A DNA stretch of 35,965 nt from Catajapyx aquilonaris. Taxonomy: Eukaryota. Both the position numbers and the translations under genes were made by a program. The stretch is from NCBI GenBank assembly GCA_000934665.2, contig KZ539028.1, positions 1 to 35,965 on the forward strand, given 5' to 3'. This document shows positions 9,826-21,811 of the stretch, one piece after another. Numbering within the stretch: position 1 is the stretch's first letter; every line of letters begins with the position of its first letter. The notes below the pieces were generated by a model that worked only from the letters and a program-made list of their open reading frames with translations, was not told the DNA's origin and ran no database searches.

Positions 9826-10532
9826 AAATAGTGATAAAAATATCTGAAGGGACCGAAATCGGTAGTATCACATAACTTATAATAATATAGTAGGCCCTAT
9901 TTTGAAATGAAAAACTGGCCCTTTTTATGCTCTCGGACTGCATTGCATCGGGTATCAGGTCACGTATCAGGTTATACTGACCTTTCTTTCATCATTAGGC
10001 CTACTTATTAACTGGAGTCTACGTGGTTCATTGAGGTTAGGAGTTTGGCTAACCGAGTGATGTGACGTACGACGTGAGGATCTCCGTCCTTAGAACACAC
10101 AGCACAAAAGCGTTTAATCTTTAATGGAGACACGTCTGAAGTGTTCAGAATATCCCGGATGGAGACGATAAAGCTCACGATAGTTTTACTAATATTATAC
10201 ACCTGGCACACACTTCATCATAACAAAGTGGTCAGAAAACATCCGCGCATCTTCTTTACATACAGGACGAATATAACATAGGGCTAACCTGGTGCATTGA
10301 GAAGTATCAGAAGATCAAAATAATATCTAGGAAAGCAGCGTCACTCGAGTACGGTATTTTAGCTTTTCCACAATTATTGAACATTAGCACACATCTGAGT
10401 CAAGTATAAGTGTCCTTCAAATAAAAACGAGGCAAGGTCAATTATTGCTGAATGAGTTTCTTGCGGCATTTTCTATGGTGTAGCGACTGTAGCCTACACA
10501 CAACGAAGGTGGTACCAATGTAGTGTTATGAC

Positions 10533-11294
10533 TAGAGTCCGGATTTTTAGGCATGAACCCGAAATAGGCACGAAAAACCCCTCAAATAGGCACTTAAATA
10601 GGCACGAAGAAATCTCAAATAGGCACAAAATTGTTCCTTTTTCCGGAGTGTGGAGGATAATGTTACATAAAATAAAAAAGCTGGAATAATTTTATAGGCC
10701 TAAAGTAATAATATAAGGTCACAAACCATAGCAAAAACCAAATAACAACGAACGATAAACTGACAGGAAATCACGAAACTTGGGCAAATGACGCAACGTG
10801 CAAGCAAGTATCACTTGCTTTGGACTCTACCTCTTACAGCCAGTTTCCACTTCCACGATATGTTGCCAAATATTTTTCTACATTTTCCTCTGTTAGGAAA
10901 AATCAGAGGAAAATTGAGAAAATTTTTTGCCATACGCGTCACGGAAACATGATTCGTAGTATTACTTCTGAAGGATTTTGGTCCTTTCAGGTCCACAAAA
11001 AAAACCTCCTCCAAAAGCAAACATGCCTCTGAAGGAACAGGCCCAAAAAGTTCCAAATTTGGTTCAAAAAGTTCAAAAACCATCCCAAAAAAGGCCAAAT
11101 AGGCTTGAATAATCGCAAAAAGGCAGAATAGGCAAAATAGTTCCCAAAACCTCGAAATAGGCAATTATAGGCACTATCAAACCTACATTTTCCACATCCG
11201 GCACTTATGAAACGGATAGATCGCGTCACAAAACCATAGCCCAACTGTTAAGGAACTAAATATAGGCATTTGCCTAAAAATCCGGACTCCGGTA
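10533..11294. mobile_element. hAT-like MITE, 762 bp
   Basis: TIRs TAGAGTCCGGATTTTTAGGCA / TGCCTAAAAATCCGGACTC(CGG)TA; 8-bp TSD GTTATGAC / GTTATGAT; subterminal AAATAGGCAC repeats; second copy at 685-1131. Confidence 0.85.
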
Positions 11295-11644
11295 GTTATG
11301 ATCCACAGACAGGTGGCGATTCGATGACGTGACACACTGGCAGTCTCCCTTTGTTCAGGACCCCCCCCCCCCCAACCCGTCAAGAAGACCGTCCAATCAG
11401 AGATAGAAGCAACTAACATGCTGGAGCATCGAGCAGTAATCCTGATTTTAACCGCCGAATTTTTAGGAAGTAGGAAAATCCATCGTCATGCACGACGAGT
11501 CGTCTATTGTCCTGTCGTTGTCGTAAGCGATTCCGTGAGGGGTGGTCATCATTGAATGATGATTCCAGGCTAGGACAAGCAAACCGGGCGGTCACCGATG
11601 TTTCTGTATAGCTATAGTTGCCAGCCAGCCAAGCCTCTATCTAG

Positions 11645-11707
<63 letters not shown>
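11645..11707. repeat. (TATC)n microsatellite, ~15 copies
   Basis: Directly visible. Confidence 0.97.
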
Positions 11708-11770
11708 ATAAATAAAGCCGTTTGTGATCTGTCTGTCTGTCCGTCTGTCCGCCTGTAACGCCAACCGCAG
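11703..11770 (+). mobile_element. Possible 5' end of a non-autonomous Helitron-like element
   Basis: TCTATATAAATAAAGCC followed by a (CTGT/CCGT)n run, an arrangement typical of invertebrate non-autonomous Helitrons. The 3' hairpin-CTAG end could not be confidently placed. Confidence 0.35.
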
Positions 11771-12220
11771 TTGCCTGCCACCTGTGGTGGCCATTTCCAA
11801 ATGTTCAGAAAGAAGGACACAGCTGGTATAGGTATATCGTATATGCTGGTAGGAATATCGTATATGTTTTATAGAGTGCAATACATTGTGTGACCCCTGA
11901 CCTCTGGTCACACCCTGACTAGCTCAGTAACGCAGGTTCAGTTGGAAGAAGATGTCAGGCTGGGAGAAAAGGGTGGAAGAATTGACGGGGGAAACTGGAA
12001 AAGCCGGGAATATAATTGTTTCTGATAACATACTCATAAAACTGTATAATGAATATGCCTTTTTTACTTAATATAACTGAAACACACAAATTACCACATT
12101 ATTTTACTTAACACACTAATAAGGCAAAAAAATATAACCGCAATAAAACATTTTATGGTGATTGTTGAATTGTATAAATTCCCGTAGAAAATATACCAGG
12201 ATATATTATGAGAATTTTTA

Positions 12221-12554
12221 GGGGAGACGGAGTGGCGCCGCGGTAACGTGCGCGCCCACGGATGTTAAGGTCCCGGGTTCGATCCCAGCCCGGGGACACC
12301 CCCTTCATCTCGTGCAGAGGTCGGTCACCTCTGGCTTCGTCTCGGGTGGTATTTCCTACAGACTAAACCACTCGGGGGAGCTCACTAAAAATGGCCACAC
12401 GTCAGATGCACTGCACTTGCACATCCCCTCCTGTCATCCTGCCCGTGGGCCCGGGCGTTACGTATAAAGGCTCCAATGTACACAACAAATAAAGGTCCAT
12501 GCGATAAACCCAGATAGGGTGAAAGCATTACCCAACCAATTATTAATTATTATG
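12221..12554 (+). mobile_element. tRNA-derived SINE family A, full length
   Basis: A box GGAGTGGCGCCGCGGTAA, B box GGTTCGATCCC, (ATT)n-like tail, TSD ATGAGAATTT at 12208-12217 and 12555-12564. Confidence 0.9.
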
Positions 12555-12625
12555 ATGAGAATTTATTTGACATATGACGCTACATTGAGATTAATGTTCT
12601 TTTGTGTCGCCCTCTCTTTACAATA

Positions 12626-13849
12626 ACTGTTTACAAATCGAGTGAGTGACGCGGACGACCCAGCGACGGGTCTCTAGGTCTGCTTGCAAATCAAGGGATA
12701 CGCAGGGATTAACGGGAAAATAATGATGTTAGAAGCACGTCATTTTGGGGAAATGTTCTCTGCTGGACTCAAAGAAAGGTTATCGTCCACAGCATATATT
12801 CCATCCATGAGGAGGGCGTGTCAATTATTAAGATCAGGGGTGTGATAATTGAAAGTGCGTCAACTGACGGATTCTTTCGGTTTTTGTGTTTTTTCCGCGT
12901 AATTCGACCACCACTAAGACGAATGGAGACCATGCCATGTATGTCAGAACCGCGTCTGTCTCGTAATTAGTCCCCATAAGAAGTCATATTTCAAAATGGC
13001 CTCCCCATATACAGGGGTGTCTCAACTTTTTTGTCCGATCGTTGAGGGATGTGCCAGGAATGTTGGGGCATATTCTGGCTACATAGCTAGCTAGAAGATA
13101 CATAGGGTTTTCCGATAACTGATAGGACAAAAAAGTTGAGACACCCTGGTATACGAGTACGTGTCATTTCGCGAATGTATAAGGACTATTAATGACGGCA
13201 AGCCAGAAATGTGCGTGATAAAATGACACCGTGTTCTATTACACTAAATTTTTTAGAAGTATTGGTTTAGTATGTTTAATAGACGCAAGTACCCAGCCCG
13301 CTTTCTGGCGGGAATAGACACCGATACTTTTAAATACTTCTAAAAATTTTAGTGTAATAGAACACGGTGTAATTTTATCACGCACATTTCTGGCTTGCCG
13401 TCCTTAATAGTCCTTATATACATTCGTGAAATGACATGTACTCGTATAATTATATGGGGAGGCCATTTTGAAATATGACGTCTTATGGGGACAAATTACG
13501 AGACAGACGTGGTGTCCGACATACAGGGCATGGTCTCCATTCGTCTTAGCGGTGGTCGAATACGGGGAAAAGACACAAAAACCGAAAGAATCCGTCAGTT
13601 GACGCACTTTCAATTAGCACACCTCTGATCTGAATCGACATCACCTCCTCGGCGATAGAATATAATTTCGTGTGCTGTGGACGAAACCCTTTCTTTGAGT
13701 CCAGCAGGGAACATTTCCCCTAAATGACTTTGCTTCTAACAGAATTATTTTCTCGTTTTTCTCTGCGTATCCCTTGCTACTGATGTGTAAGCAGGCAGAA
13801 GAGACCCGTCGCTGGGTCGTCCGCGTCACTTCCCCGATTTGTTGACAGT
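12626..13849. mobile_element. ~1.2-kb foldback element (arms ~500 bp, ~70-bp spacer)
   Basis: 12626-13264 (minus the nested MITE) is the reverse complement of 13334-13849, e.g. AGTGACGCGGACGACCCAGCGACGGGTCTCT / AGAGACCCGTCGCTGGGTCGTCCGCGTCACT. Confidence 0.9.
13012..13149. mobile_element. 138-bp Tc1/mariner-like MITE nested in the left arm of the foldback
   Basis: TA|CAGGGGTGTCTCAACTTTTTTGTCC ... GGACAAAAAAGTTGAGACACCCTGG|TA; absent from the right arm. Confidence 0.85.
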
Positions 13850-15173
13850 AGCAACAATGGACAGAACACTATAAGCACTCTCCATGTGCTGATGTTTGAA
13901 TTGGCCTGCCCGCCGGGGTTGCCAGGTTAGCCGCGCCGTCGCCGACGGAGAAAGAAAATTCAGAGACGGCTAATGTGTCCAGCACTGTACTGTACAATAC
14001 AATGTTGCTGATCGATTTCATTCGAATGACCCTTACGTACTTTATGTGCATTTTCCGCATGAAGTTACAGCATTAAACAAAAGAGGAGTATAAAGCTACA
14101 CTTGCAGCATTAAAATATTGCGTATTTGACATTGAACCTTTCATAATTCGATTCAGAGGAAATAATATCAAATTTGATCCGTAGGCTACTTTTTTTTAAA
14201 CGATTGATGCAAATCAAGATGTGACAGATACAATGGCAAGCTTATGCGTTGGAGTACAGTACAGCATATCCTCTATGCTTCGTATTTGGGCAAAATTGCG
14301 TGGCATATATAATGAGGAAGACAGTTTTCTTTACTAGGGTGCCACATTGTGCGATCGTGTTTCAATGGAAAGCAAAGACTTTGAATTTCAGAAGGTGACC
14401 CGTCTTCTTTACGAGACCAGCACCTGACTGCTTAAAAGTTCCAGTGAGAAAAAAAGATACGCACTCGCCATTTTATGTATCAGCATGTGTGTCCATTTCC
14501 GTGTGGGAGAGCAGACAACCGTTTCACATAATGTACATCATCCATCACATTTTCCAGCACAAGTGAGTAAATCTGCCAAAGAAGGCTCTGTTGACATCAT
14601 TCTGACATGTCTTGATACTGCACGCCCATCGCCAATAATTATGTCATCCAGTGCAACATTCCATTGTTGTTTTTAGCCTGGGACATCTGACTCCTCTCGC
14701 GTCGCGTCGTTATCGCGGGCCGGAGTGTCGACACAGCCGGCATAGTTCGAATAAATCTGCAGGTAGTAAACAGGAAGTGAAGGGTATCCATTGTTCACTG
14801 CCTCTTCAGTTGCAAGCAGAGCAAGGAGAAGGACTCACTCTCATAGCTTCCTCAGACATAAGTGTGCAAGTTAACAGCCAGTGACGACAAAACCTGTTGG
14901 ATCAACCACCACTGCAGCAGAAAATAGTGAATAGGTAAGAAGGAGAACGCCATAAGTTTTGTAGAATAAGTTATAGTTACTTTCACGACCAGGGCTCCAC
15001 TCTGTCTAGTCACATTCCAGTCGGTACCAATCACTGCTAGTCACCACCAGTTACAGTCAATCACTGACAAGAATTCCGGTCACCAGCATACACCACTTCG
15101 TACGGTAATCACAACCAGGGCACTTCCGTATTTTCCAACCCTTCCGAAGGGAGCCAGAAGTAACTGCCCAAAC

Positions 15174-15520
15174 ACGGAGTGGAGTTGCGGTAACGCACCC
15201 GCCCACGGATGTTAAGGTCCCGGGTTCGACCCCCCCCCCTCCCCCTTCATCTCGTGCAGAGTTTGGGCCATCTCTTATCTGGCTTCGTCTCGGGTGGGAC
15301 TCCTTAGACTAACCACCCGGGGGGAGGGGGGGGGGAGTTCACAAAATGACCTCGCCCACGACATTGCACTGCACTTTGCACATCCCCTCCTAGTCACCCT
15401 GCCCGTGTGCCCGGGTGTTACACGAAATAGGAACCATGTACTCATTGTACTGGATCGATTTAAATAAAGGTCTGTGCCAGACCCTAATAGGGCAAGCACT
15501 ACCCAGGATTATTATTATAT
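15174..15520 (+). mobile_element. tRNA-derived SINE family A, near full length
   Basis: Head ACGGAGTGGAGTTGCGGTAA...GGTTCGACCCC, family A body with poly-C/poly-G expansions, (ATT)n tail. Confidence 0.85.
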
Positions 15521-15553
15521 TATACATTTATACCCAGTGAATGTATAAGTGCC

Positions 15554-15703
15554 TGTACTATGGGGCTCAAATTCTTTTGGCCACTTTATCCTGGTCTTGA
15601 AGCAACCCTTCACACAAACACACTTCCTCACCGTGGGGCCTGTGCGAAGGGTTGCTTCAAGACCAGGATAAAGTGGCCAAAAAAATTTGAGCCCCATAGC
15701 ACA
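15554..15703. mobile_element. 150-bp hairpin/MITE
   Basis: ~60-bp arm CTATGGGGCTCAAATTCTTTTGGCCACTTTATCCTGGTCTTGAAGCAACCCTTC and its reverse complement, with a ~23-nt loop. Confidence 0.8.
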
Positions 15704-16580
15704 TGTCTGTCCTTATTTCTCGGTCAAGATAACAAACATTCAGATTCAACACAAGCATTTTTACAGGGAGGTGCAAAGCCTAGCATCTCACCCTCTCTGT
15801 CATGAATAACATAACAGATTTGATTGACTACAGCATTTGGAGTCTCAAATTTTTTGTATCAAAACTGCTTATTTCAAAAATCGCGAGGGAAAAATCACAT
15901 TTTACTTGACCGTTCCATGTTGTACACTGGTACCGTAGAATGGGGCGACTTCGGACACTCTTTGACAGTTTCTCAGCTGTCCCATGAAGACATATTGATG
16001 GAAAATTCGGAATAAATTAACTTCGACAGTAGGAAATGCCCTTATTATTGAAGACCGTACCAGTCACTCACATAAAACATGTTTTTTGATGCTAAAACAA
16101 AATCACCTTTGTCGTCCGGAGTCTTCCCACTTGGTCTTTGGATGCCCCTTTATTTCACGACGTAGGACGAGTTCACACATTAATGGTGCAGCCTTGGACA
16201 TAATATATTAAACTTTTTAAACACTCACAATAGTCACCTCTAAACAAATGGTGCTGGTACGGTACCGGTACCTACTGTATCCCACAATGGGCATATTTTA
16301 TACAACATAATATGAACACCATATTGGTATTTGGTATGTTCATTCCACATGAGCATCATTGATGTCACTAAAAATATAACACCCTCTGCGAAGGCACTGA
16401 GCTTCACCAATTTGCGAACAACCTGGGACTGTAGACATTCACCATCAACATCTGGACACCTAGGTGTCCATATGTTGATGAGAGAAACATAATATTTAGC
16501 TGTTTATTTCGCCAACAATATTTTGCTCGTGAATTTGACCTGGAACTGTTTCTTGATGCCCACTGAACATAGCGGAGTAG

Positions 16581-16797
16581 GAGGAAGGTACAAGCTACAA
16601 AAATTTATCCCAATAATACAAAGGGAAAATATCTGGCATACCCTCCACGAACCATCCATAGAACAACAGAAGGCGATCTACATATTTTTGTCGTACGTGG
16701 CCAAATAATGGCATAGAAACATCTTGTAACACCAACTGTATGATTACGAAAAAGAGTTGAGTCCCTCCCTATGCTTATATAGGGAGGTGAAAATAAA

Positions 16798-16835
<38 letters not shown>
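16581..16835 (+). mobile_element. 5'-truncated LINE-like 3' end with (GATT)n tail and 17-bp TSD
   Basis: TGAACATAGCGG(A/G)GTAG at 16564-16580 and 16836-16852; open frame to a stop at 16708; 3' hairpin CTCCCTAT...ATAGGGAG; AATAAA followed by (GATT)9. Confidence 0.75.
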
Positions 16836-16839
<4 letters not shown>

Positions 16840-17407
16840 CATAGCGGGGTAGCCCTTTACTGAGTTTCTTTTTCTCCTCAAAAGTTAATACAGGTTGCAC
16901 CTTCGTGTTTCTTTGCATGTTTGTTTAGGACCATGTCCGAAATGGTGCTGCATGTGACCTGGTCCTTTTCTGCTGATTTTTTGCTGCCCTGGTATAAAGA
17001 ACTAGGCTTTCCACATTGAGCACAGCCCAGTCAAGGTCCTCAGTCCTGTAGTGTTGGTAACACCTCCCCCCTACAACTCAGACGTACGTCCGAAGTCACC
17101 CCACAAAATTACTGAAAGACACAAAAGTTATCGCATTTACAACCCTGAATTTTTGTTCCAACTACTACTCTGGGATGAAGGAGAGGGAATCATGACCCTA
17201 CAAATCGGTTTTGTTCCAGTTTACCTCCGTGCCGTAGGGGAGTGTGGGAAGTAGTTACTTTAACACATATCCTAATGTAGGCTACGTTATTTCTGAATTG
17301 GGGAAAGCGAAAGAACAGATGTGTAAGAAGTATACTCTAAATGTGCATCTGGCTTGCTCATGTTGTATTCTGCAGCTCTTGAACCAACTCCCTTGACAAA
17401 CAGGGCA

Positions 17408-17517
17408 GGGGTGGAATTTGCGTCTCATTGATAGTCACTGCTAACTTGTCAGTACCATTGCCAACACTGGTACTGCTAAGTTAGCAGTGACTATCAGTGG
17501 GACGAAAATTCCACCCC
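17408..17517. mobile_element. 110-bp hairpin MITE nested in the pogo-like element
   Basis: GGGGTGGAATTT...TGATAGTCACTGCTAACTT / AAGTTAGCAGTGACTATCA...AAATTCCACCCC. Confidence 0.75.
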
Positions 17518-18703
17518 AACTTTTTTGGACTACTCCTAATACTGACCCAAGCAAAGAAAAGTGTAAGCGTCCGAAGTCGCCCCATTCTACAGTTTACTGT
17601 ACCACATGACAGTATCTTCACATTTTATGTTAATGATGCACAGTTACACATGCATCTGTGCATGGAATTCATAGTGTATAGGTCTATCATTCATTGAAAT
17701 ATGCTTCTGCTATGTCGAAGCCAGAAAACGACGGTTAAACCAATTAGAGGGCTTCGCAACGGATAACTAGCGTGGTGGATGGATATGTGACAAAATAATA
17801 TCGTAAACTTCAAATAATACTTATTGTTACGTTTTAACAGTGTGATACGTAGACAAGGTGATAATTTCTGGGCACTAACAAGGCAACTGTCAAGGTCGGT
17901 CGCCTCCGATTTGGTTGAAACTGGTTTGAGGGGTCATTCATGTGCGATAGACATAGTGGTGAAAGTTTTAGCTGACACTGTCCAGCCGTTTCCGAGATAT
18001 GAGCGACAGAAACATCCGAATTTTGGCCCCGCGCATAGAGGTCGGGCGAAAAGGGATGAGTGCAAGGAAGAACCTGATGATAGTCAAGTGGATAGAGCAT
18101 TGGACTTGTGATTTTGCCGGGAGCCGCGGCTCTCCAACGAGAACACAAAATTGTCAACACGTCACATTTACAAAATAATGGGTGAGCTTTGTTTTTTAAA
18201 AATCTCAACGATTGGGCAGGAGAGATTATAAAATGTCATACATATTCAGATAATGCTGAAGAGGTTCCCATTACGCAATTTTAGGTACAAAATCTATTTA
18301 TGTCTCTATATCTGTGGCGCTCATCTTCAAAGTGAAGGCTCACTGAACTTTGAACTGCTCACGATTTTTCCTCCATTTTATACGCCTCGCATTCTGAGGA
18401 TGATGCAATATCCTGTGATTATAGGGCAAGAATGCCTTTGCATGGTCATCAATTTTATAGTAGCTAATCGCAAACGGCGTCAAGGAAAAGCTCATTACTT
18501 TCCGAGAGTTTCTCACATAGGAATGCCAAGTTGATTAAGGATTGACGGCGACTGTAGACGGCAAAATTGTGATGTGGATTTAAGATGACTTTACCCGCGG
18601 CGACACCTTTATGTGTGTGTGTCTTGCCTCTACAGTTACCTACACTTCACTCCGCTTCCATTCATTCCAGGTGGCTTTACGGCGTCATTTGCTGCTTAAA
18701 AAC

Positions 18704-21615
18704 ATGTTTGCGCTGGCGGGACGACAGTCCAGGAGAATTGAGCTGACTGACCTACTGAGAGCTGGAATGTGGAGCGAAGCGACAAGTGTAATTGATGCAG
18801 CCAGCCCTGGAGATGTGATATTCAGGGGAGGTGATTAACTTGCGTAATGCAATTGTGTGCTGCATAATAATTACTGATTAAATGCATTTTATTCAGAATT
18901 TATACAGGGTGTTTGGAGAATATAATAGGCCTACTAAAGGTGTAAATAACAACGCTGAGCTGGATTTAAGTCTGTATTGCAAGTCGAGTTTAGACACATT
19001 GCTGCTAACCATAAAATAATACCAATTTGAATCATAGTTATTTTTCCAAGGTTTAAAGGACTGTAGCCTCTGAGCCCTAGTTTTATGGCACAATGCCAAG
19101 AGACTTTTCGATTCAGAATATACAGTTCCCATAGCGTCTTTTATCTGCGATATTGCGCCGTGACATATTTTCCGGACATCCTGCATCATTTCATTCACAC
19201 TCCACAAGCTTCATTTCCCTATCCGACAAACAGGCATCGTGTGTCTATATACCTATAAAATATGCCAGTACTCTTGTCGCAAGAAAGTTTCTTCCACTCT
19301 TTTCTTCTCACTAACCTGCATAATTCGCCTAAGCCCTAAGGTGAAGTGTATAAAAAACACACGAGTGCTGATGGTTGCATACTGCAAGGATAGTCTACAT
19401 CTGGCCGATACTTTGTTTCACACATATAGAACATCAACCAAGTCCCCCATATCACATTAGTGCAGTGCCGTGACCTGTTGTATTGCTCATGTATCGTTGC
19501 CCTTGCTTTTCAGACTTCTATGTCGATTCTCCACTACTTTTTGGGCTGGGCCAGTATGATCGGCCAATTCACCTGCAGTTGGCTATGCTAATCCTAGAGA
19601 AAGGATCTCAGGAACAATTCATCGAAGAGAGGCAGAAACTGATGGAAAAGTTCATCCGAGCTTACTTGGCAACGTGGAGCAGTAACACTCGGAGGTATCA
19701 TACGAGCTAGATCGCACGGCTTAATTTTAGATCTATTGTTTAACTGCTCCAGTGTTTCTTAACTGATACCACATCTCGGATTCAATTCCAGCAGCGAAGA
19801 AGGTGTCCCAATTTCTGCTCCCTTTGTCATCGGATTCGAAGGAGAGACAAACATGTCCCAGAGTGAAGCAAAGAGGCAGCTGCTGCAGTTTGGTCGCACA
19901 CTGGCTGGTATACCAAAACATAATGGTGGCATGAAAACACTTGATATGCATCCCAAATATAACTTACGTCCACAAAATCAGAAATTTTCACAAATGAAGA
20001 CGTGAAATGCAGAAAGATCATAAAAATAGTTGACATTTAGTTAGGCATTTTTCATGATCAAGTCTATTTAATGACAGATGAAATACTGTTTTGTCTAGAC
20101 TCCAGATAAATGTCTGAAGAATAAAAGTACTCCATATGAAGGTGTATGTATATGACTGATGCAATCTTCAATTTTCATATTCTCATATCTCGCAAACCAG
20201 TTTGACTGATAATTCTGCATTTCAGATCTTCAGTCATGAATTGTGCTGTATTTCTAAACCCTGCATTCTAGAGCTCCTTTTATGTACAGGTGCAAAATTC
20301 GAGTTGAGAAACATGACTGTAGATGTGTAACTGATACACTTGCATCATCATTTGATTTGTAGGCTACAGAGTTCTTTTAATGTAACTTACAGTGAGGTCT
20401 TAAAACATAATTACTACGTATATATACACCATGCACAGTTGCACACTCCATCATACATCTACCGACATAGTTCTTTATTACCGGTAGACTACGTACTGTG
20501 CTTGCAGGTAAAATTGGCTGGAATTCCAATGAAGTGGCCGTAAATTCCAGCTTCACCAACGTCCTGGGAAATCCCGGAGGCGACATCGACATACTGAAGC
20601 TGGTGTGTCCCGCAGGACATCACTTGAACGACGCTGATTCTCGCGGACGAACCTATCTCATGCTCGTTGGTTTATGCTCGAACCCTCAGCTTCACTTGCT
20701 GGATTGCCTGTGGACTCTCTCTCCGGTAATGTGCACTGCCTTATGTGAAGATGCGCCACAACGCGCAGGTGTCAACCAATGTTGAATTTCCAGGTGCCAG
20801 ACATCCACGCGAGAGACAATAACAACAGGACAGCGCTGTGGTACGCGGTCTGGAAGGGTCACCCTGATCTGGCTCGCTACCTCTGCGAGAAAGGTGCCAA
20901 GGGAAATGTCGATGGGCGTGTGTACGGCAGTAGGTTCAGGAGGCCACCCATCGAGATCAATCCCTTGCTGGCAGGAGTGCTGCATGACTCCCGTCATCTG
21001 CCGACAAGTGGAATCTTTGACAAGGTGAAGGTGGACGGGATCCTTCACAAAACCGTGTCTCTTGCTGTGGACTCTGGGTACTTGAGCGACGAGGACACGC
21101 TGAAACACGTCCAGGGCCTACTTAAAGACAAAACCAACTTCCCGCACCTGGGCGATAACATGTTCCTCAGCAATAAGTTGGTCACCCTGATGTTTGGGTC
21201 TCACTCTGCTGGATTGCAACAGCTATGCGTAAGGACCATCGTTAACAACGTGTTCTTTAGCCGCAGTCCCAATGGTAGGTGATGTAAGGTTGTTAATTCG
21301 GATTGAAGCTAACCCAGGGTTACTTTTTCGGCAGGTGGCAGTACTTGTAACCTGCTCTCAACGTCAGAAGGGGGCGGCCACTCCACAGCCCGAGACTGCA
21401 GGACCAGCATGGACATTGTGGCTTGGCAAAACAGTAAGGCGAGTTGCATCAGTCCGGAGGTTGTTGGAGACATGATTCACGCTCTGCGCTTACCGACCCC
21501 TCTCAAGGTATTCTTTGAAGTGGAAATGGCTAAGGCACAGCTATGCTTTCATGCTAATCAGTATGGAGGTATGCCGCAGGGGAGACATATCGCAATGGTT
21601 CTGGCTGATGACTAG
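18704..21615 (+). CDS. Ankyrin repeat and SOCS box-containing (ASB-like) protein, copy 2, ~467 aa; exons 18704-18830, 19514-19694, 19792-19907, 20508-20725, 20794-21274, 21335-21615
   Basis: Same intron positions and phases as copy 1; exons 4 and 5 have identical lengths in both copies (218 and 481 nt); 1404-nt stop-free CDS. ANK repeat DNNNRTALWYAVWKGHPDLARYLCEKGA, BC-box-like LQQLCVRTIV, Cul5-box-like LRLPTPLKVFF. Confidence 0.85.
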
Positions 21616-21811
21616 TAATCTTTTGGGGAATAAACTTGTATATGTCACGCATTTGATCACTGTGCAAAACCGACTCTGCAGATCCGCCATTGGACCTGGA
21701 AGGGATAATAATGAATGTGTTAAATCTGTGTTATTGTTGCAGACGTGATCAGCAGGCGTGCCCCTGCAATATACTCTATGTTATGTTTTAGGCTGAGAGT
21801 CCTGATACTCA

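Larger units (their letters stand above)
15933..17592. mobile_element. Decayed pogo/Tc1-mariner-type DNA transposon with nested insertions
   Basis: TA|CCGTAGAATGGGGCGACTTCGGAC ... GTCCGAAGTCGCCCCATTCTACAG; internal TIR-like copies at ~16114 and ~17088; no intact transposase. Confidence 0.75.

Noticed and set aside
9085..15250. tRNA genes suggested by A/B boxes at 9085, 9478, 12221 and 15174
   Set aside because: No complete cloverleaf or terminator; each continues into a SINE body, and two have clear TSDs.
20726..20793. Apparent frameshift making copy 2 a pseudogene (ORFs 20498-20785 and 20779-21282 are in different frames)
   Set aside because: The shift lies in a 68-nt GT-AG segment whose removal restores the frame, exon-length identity with copy 1 and ANK spacing.
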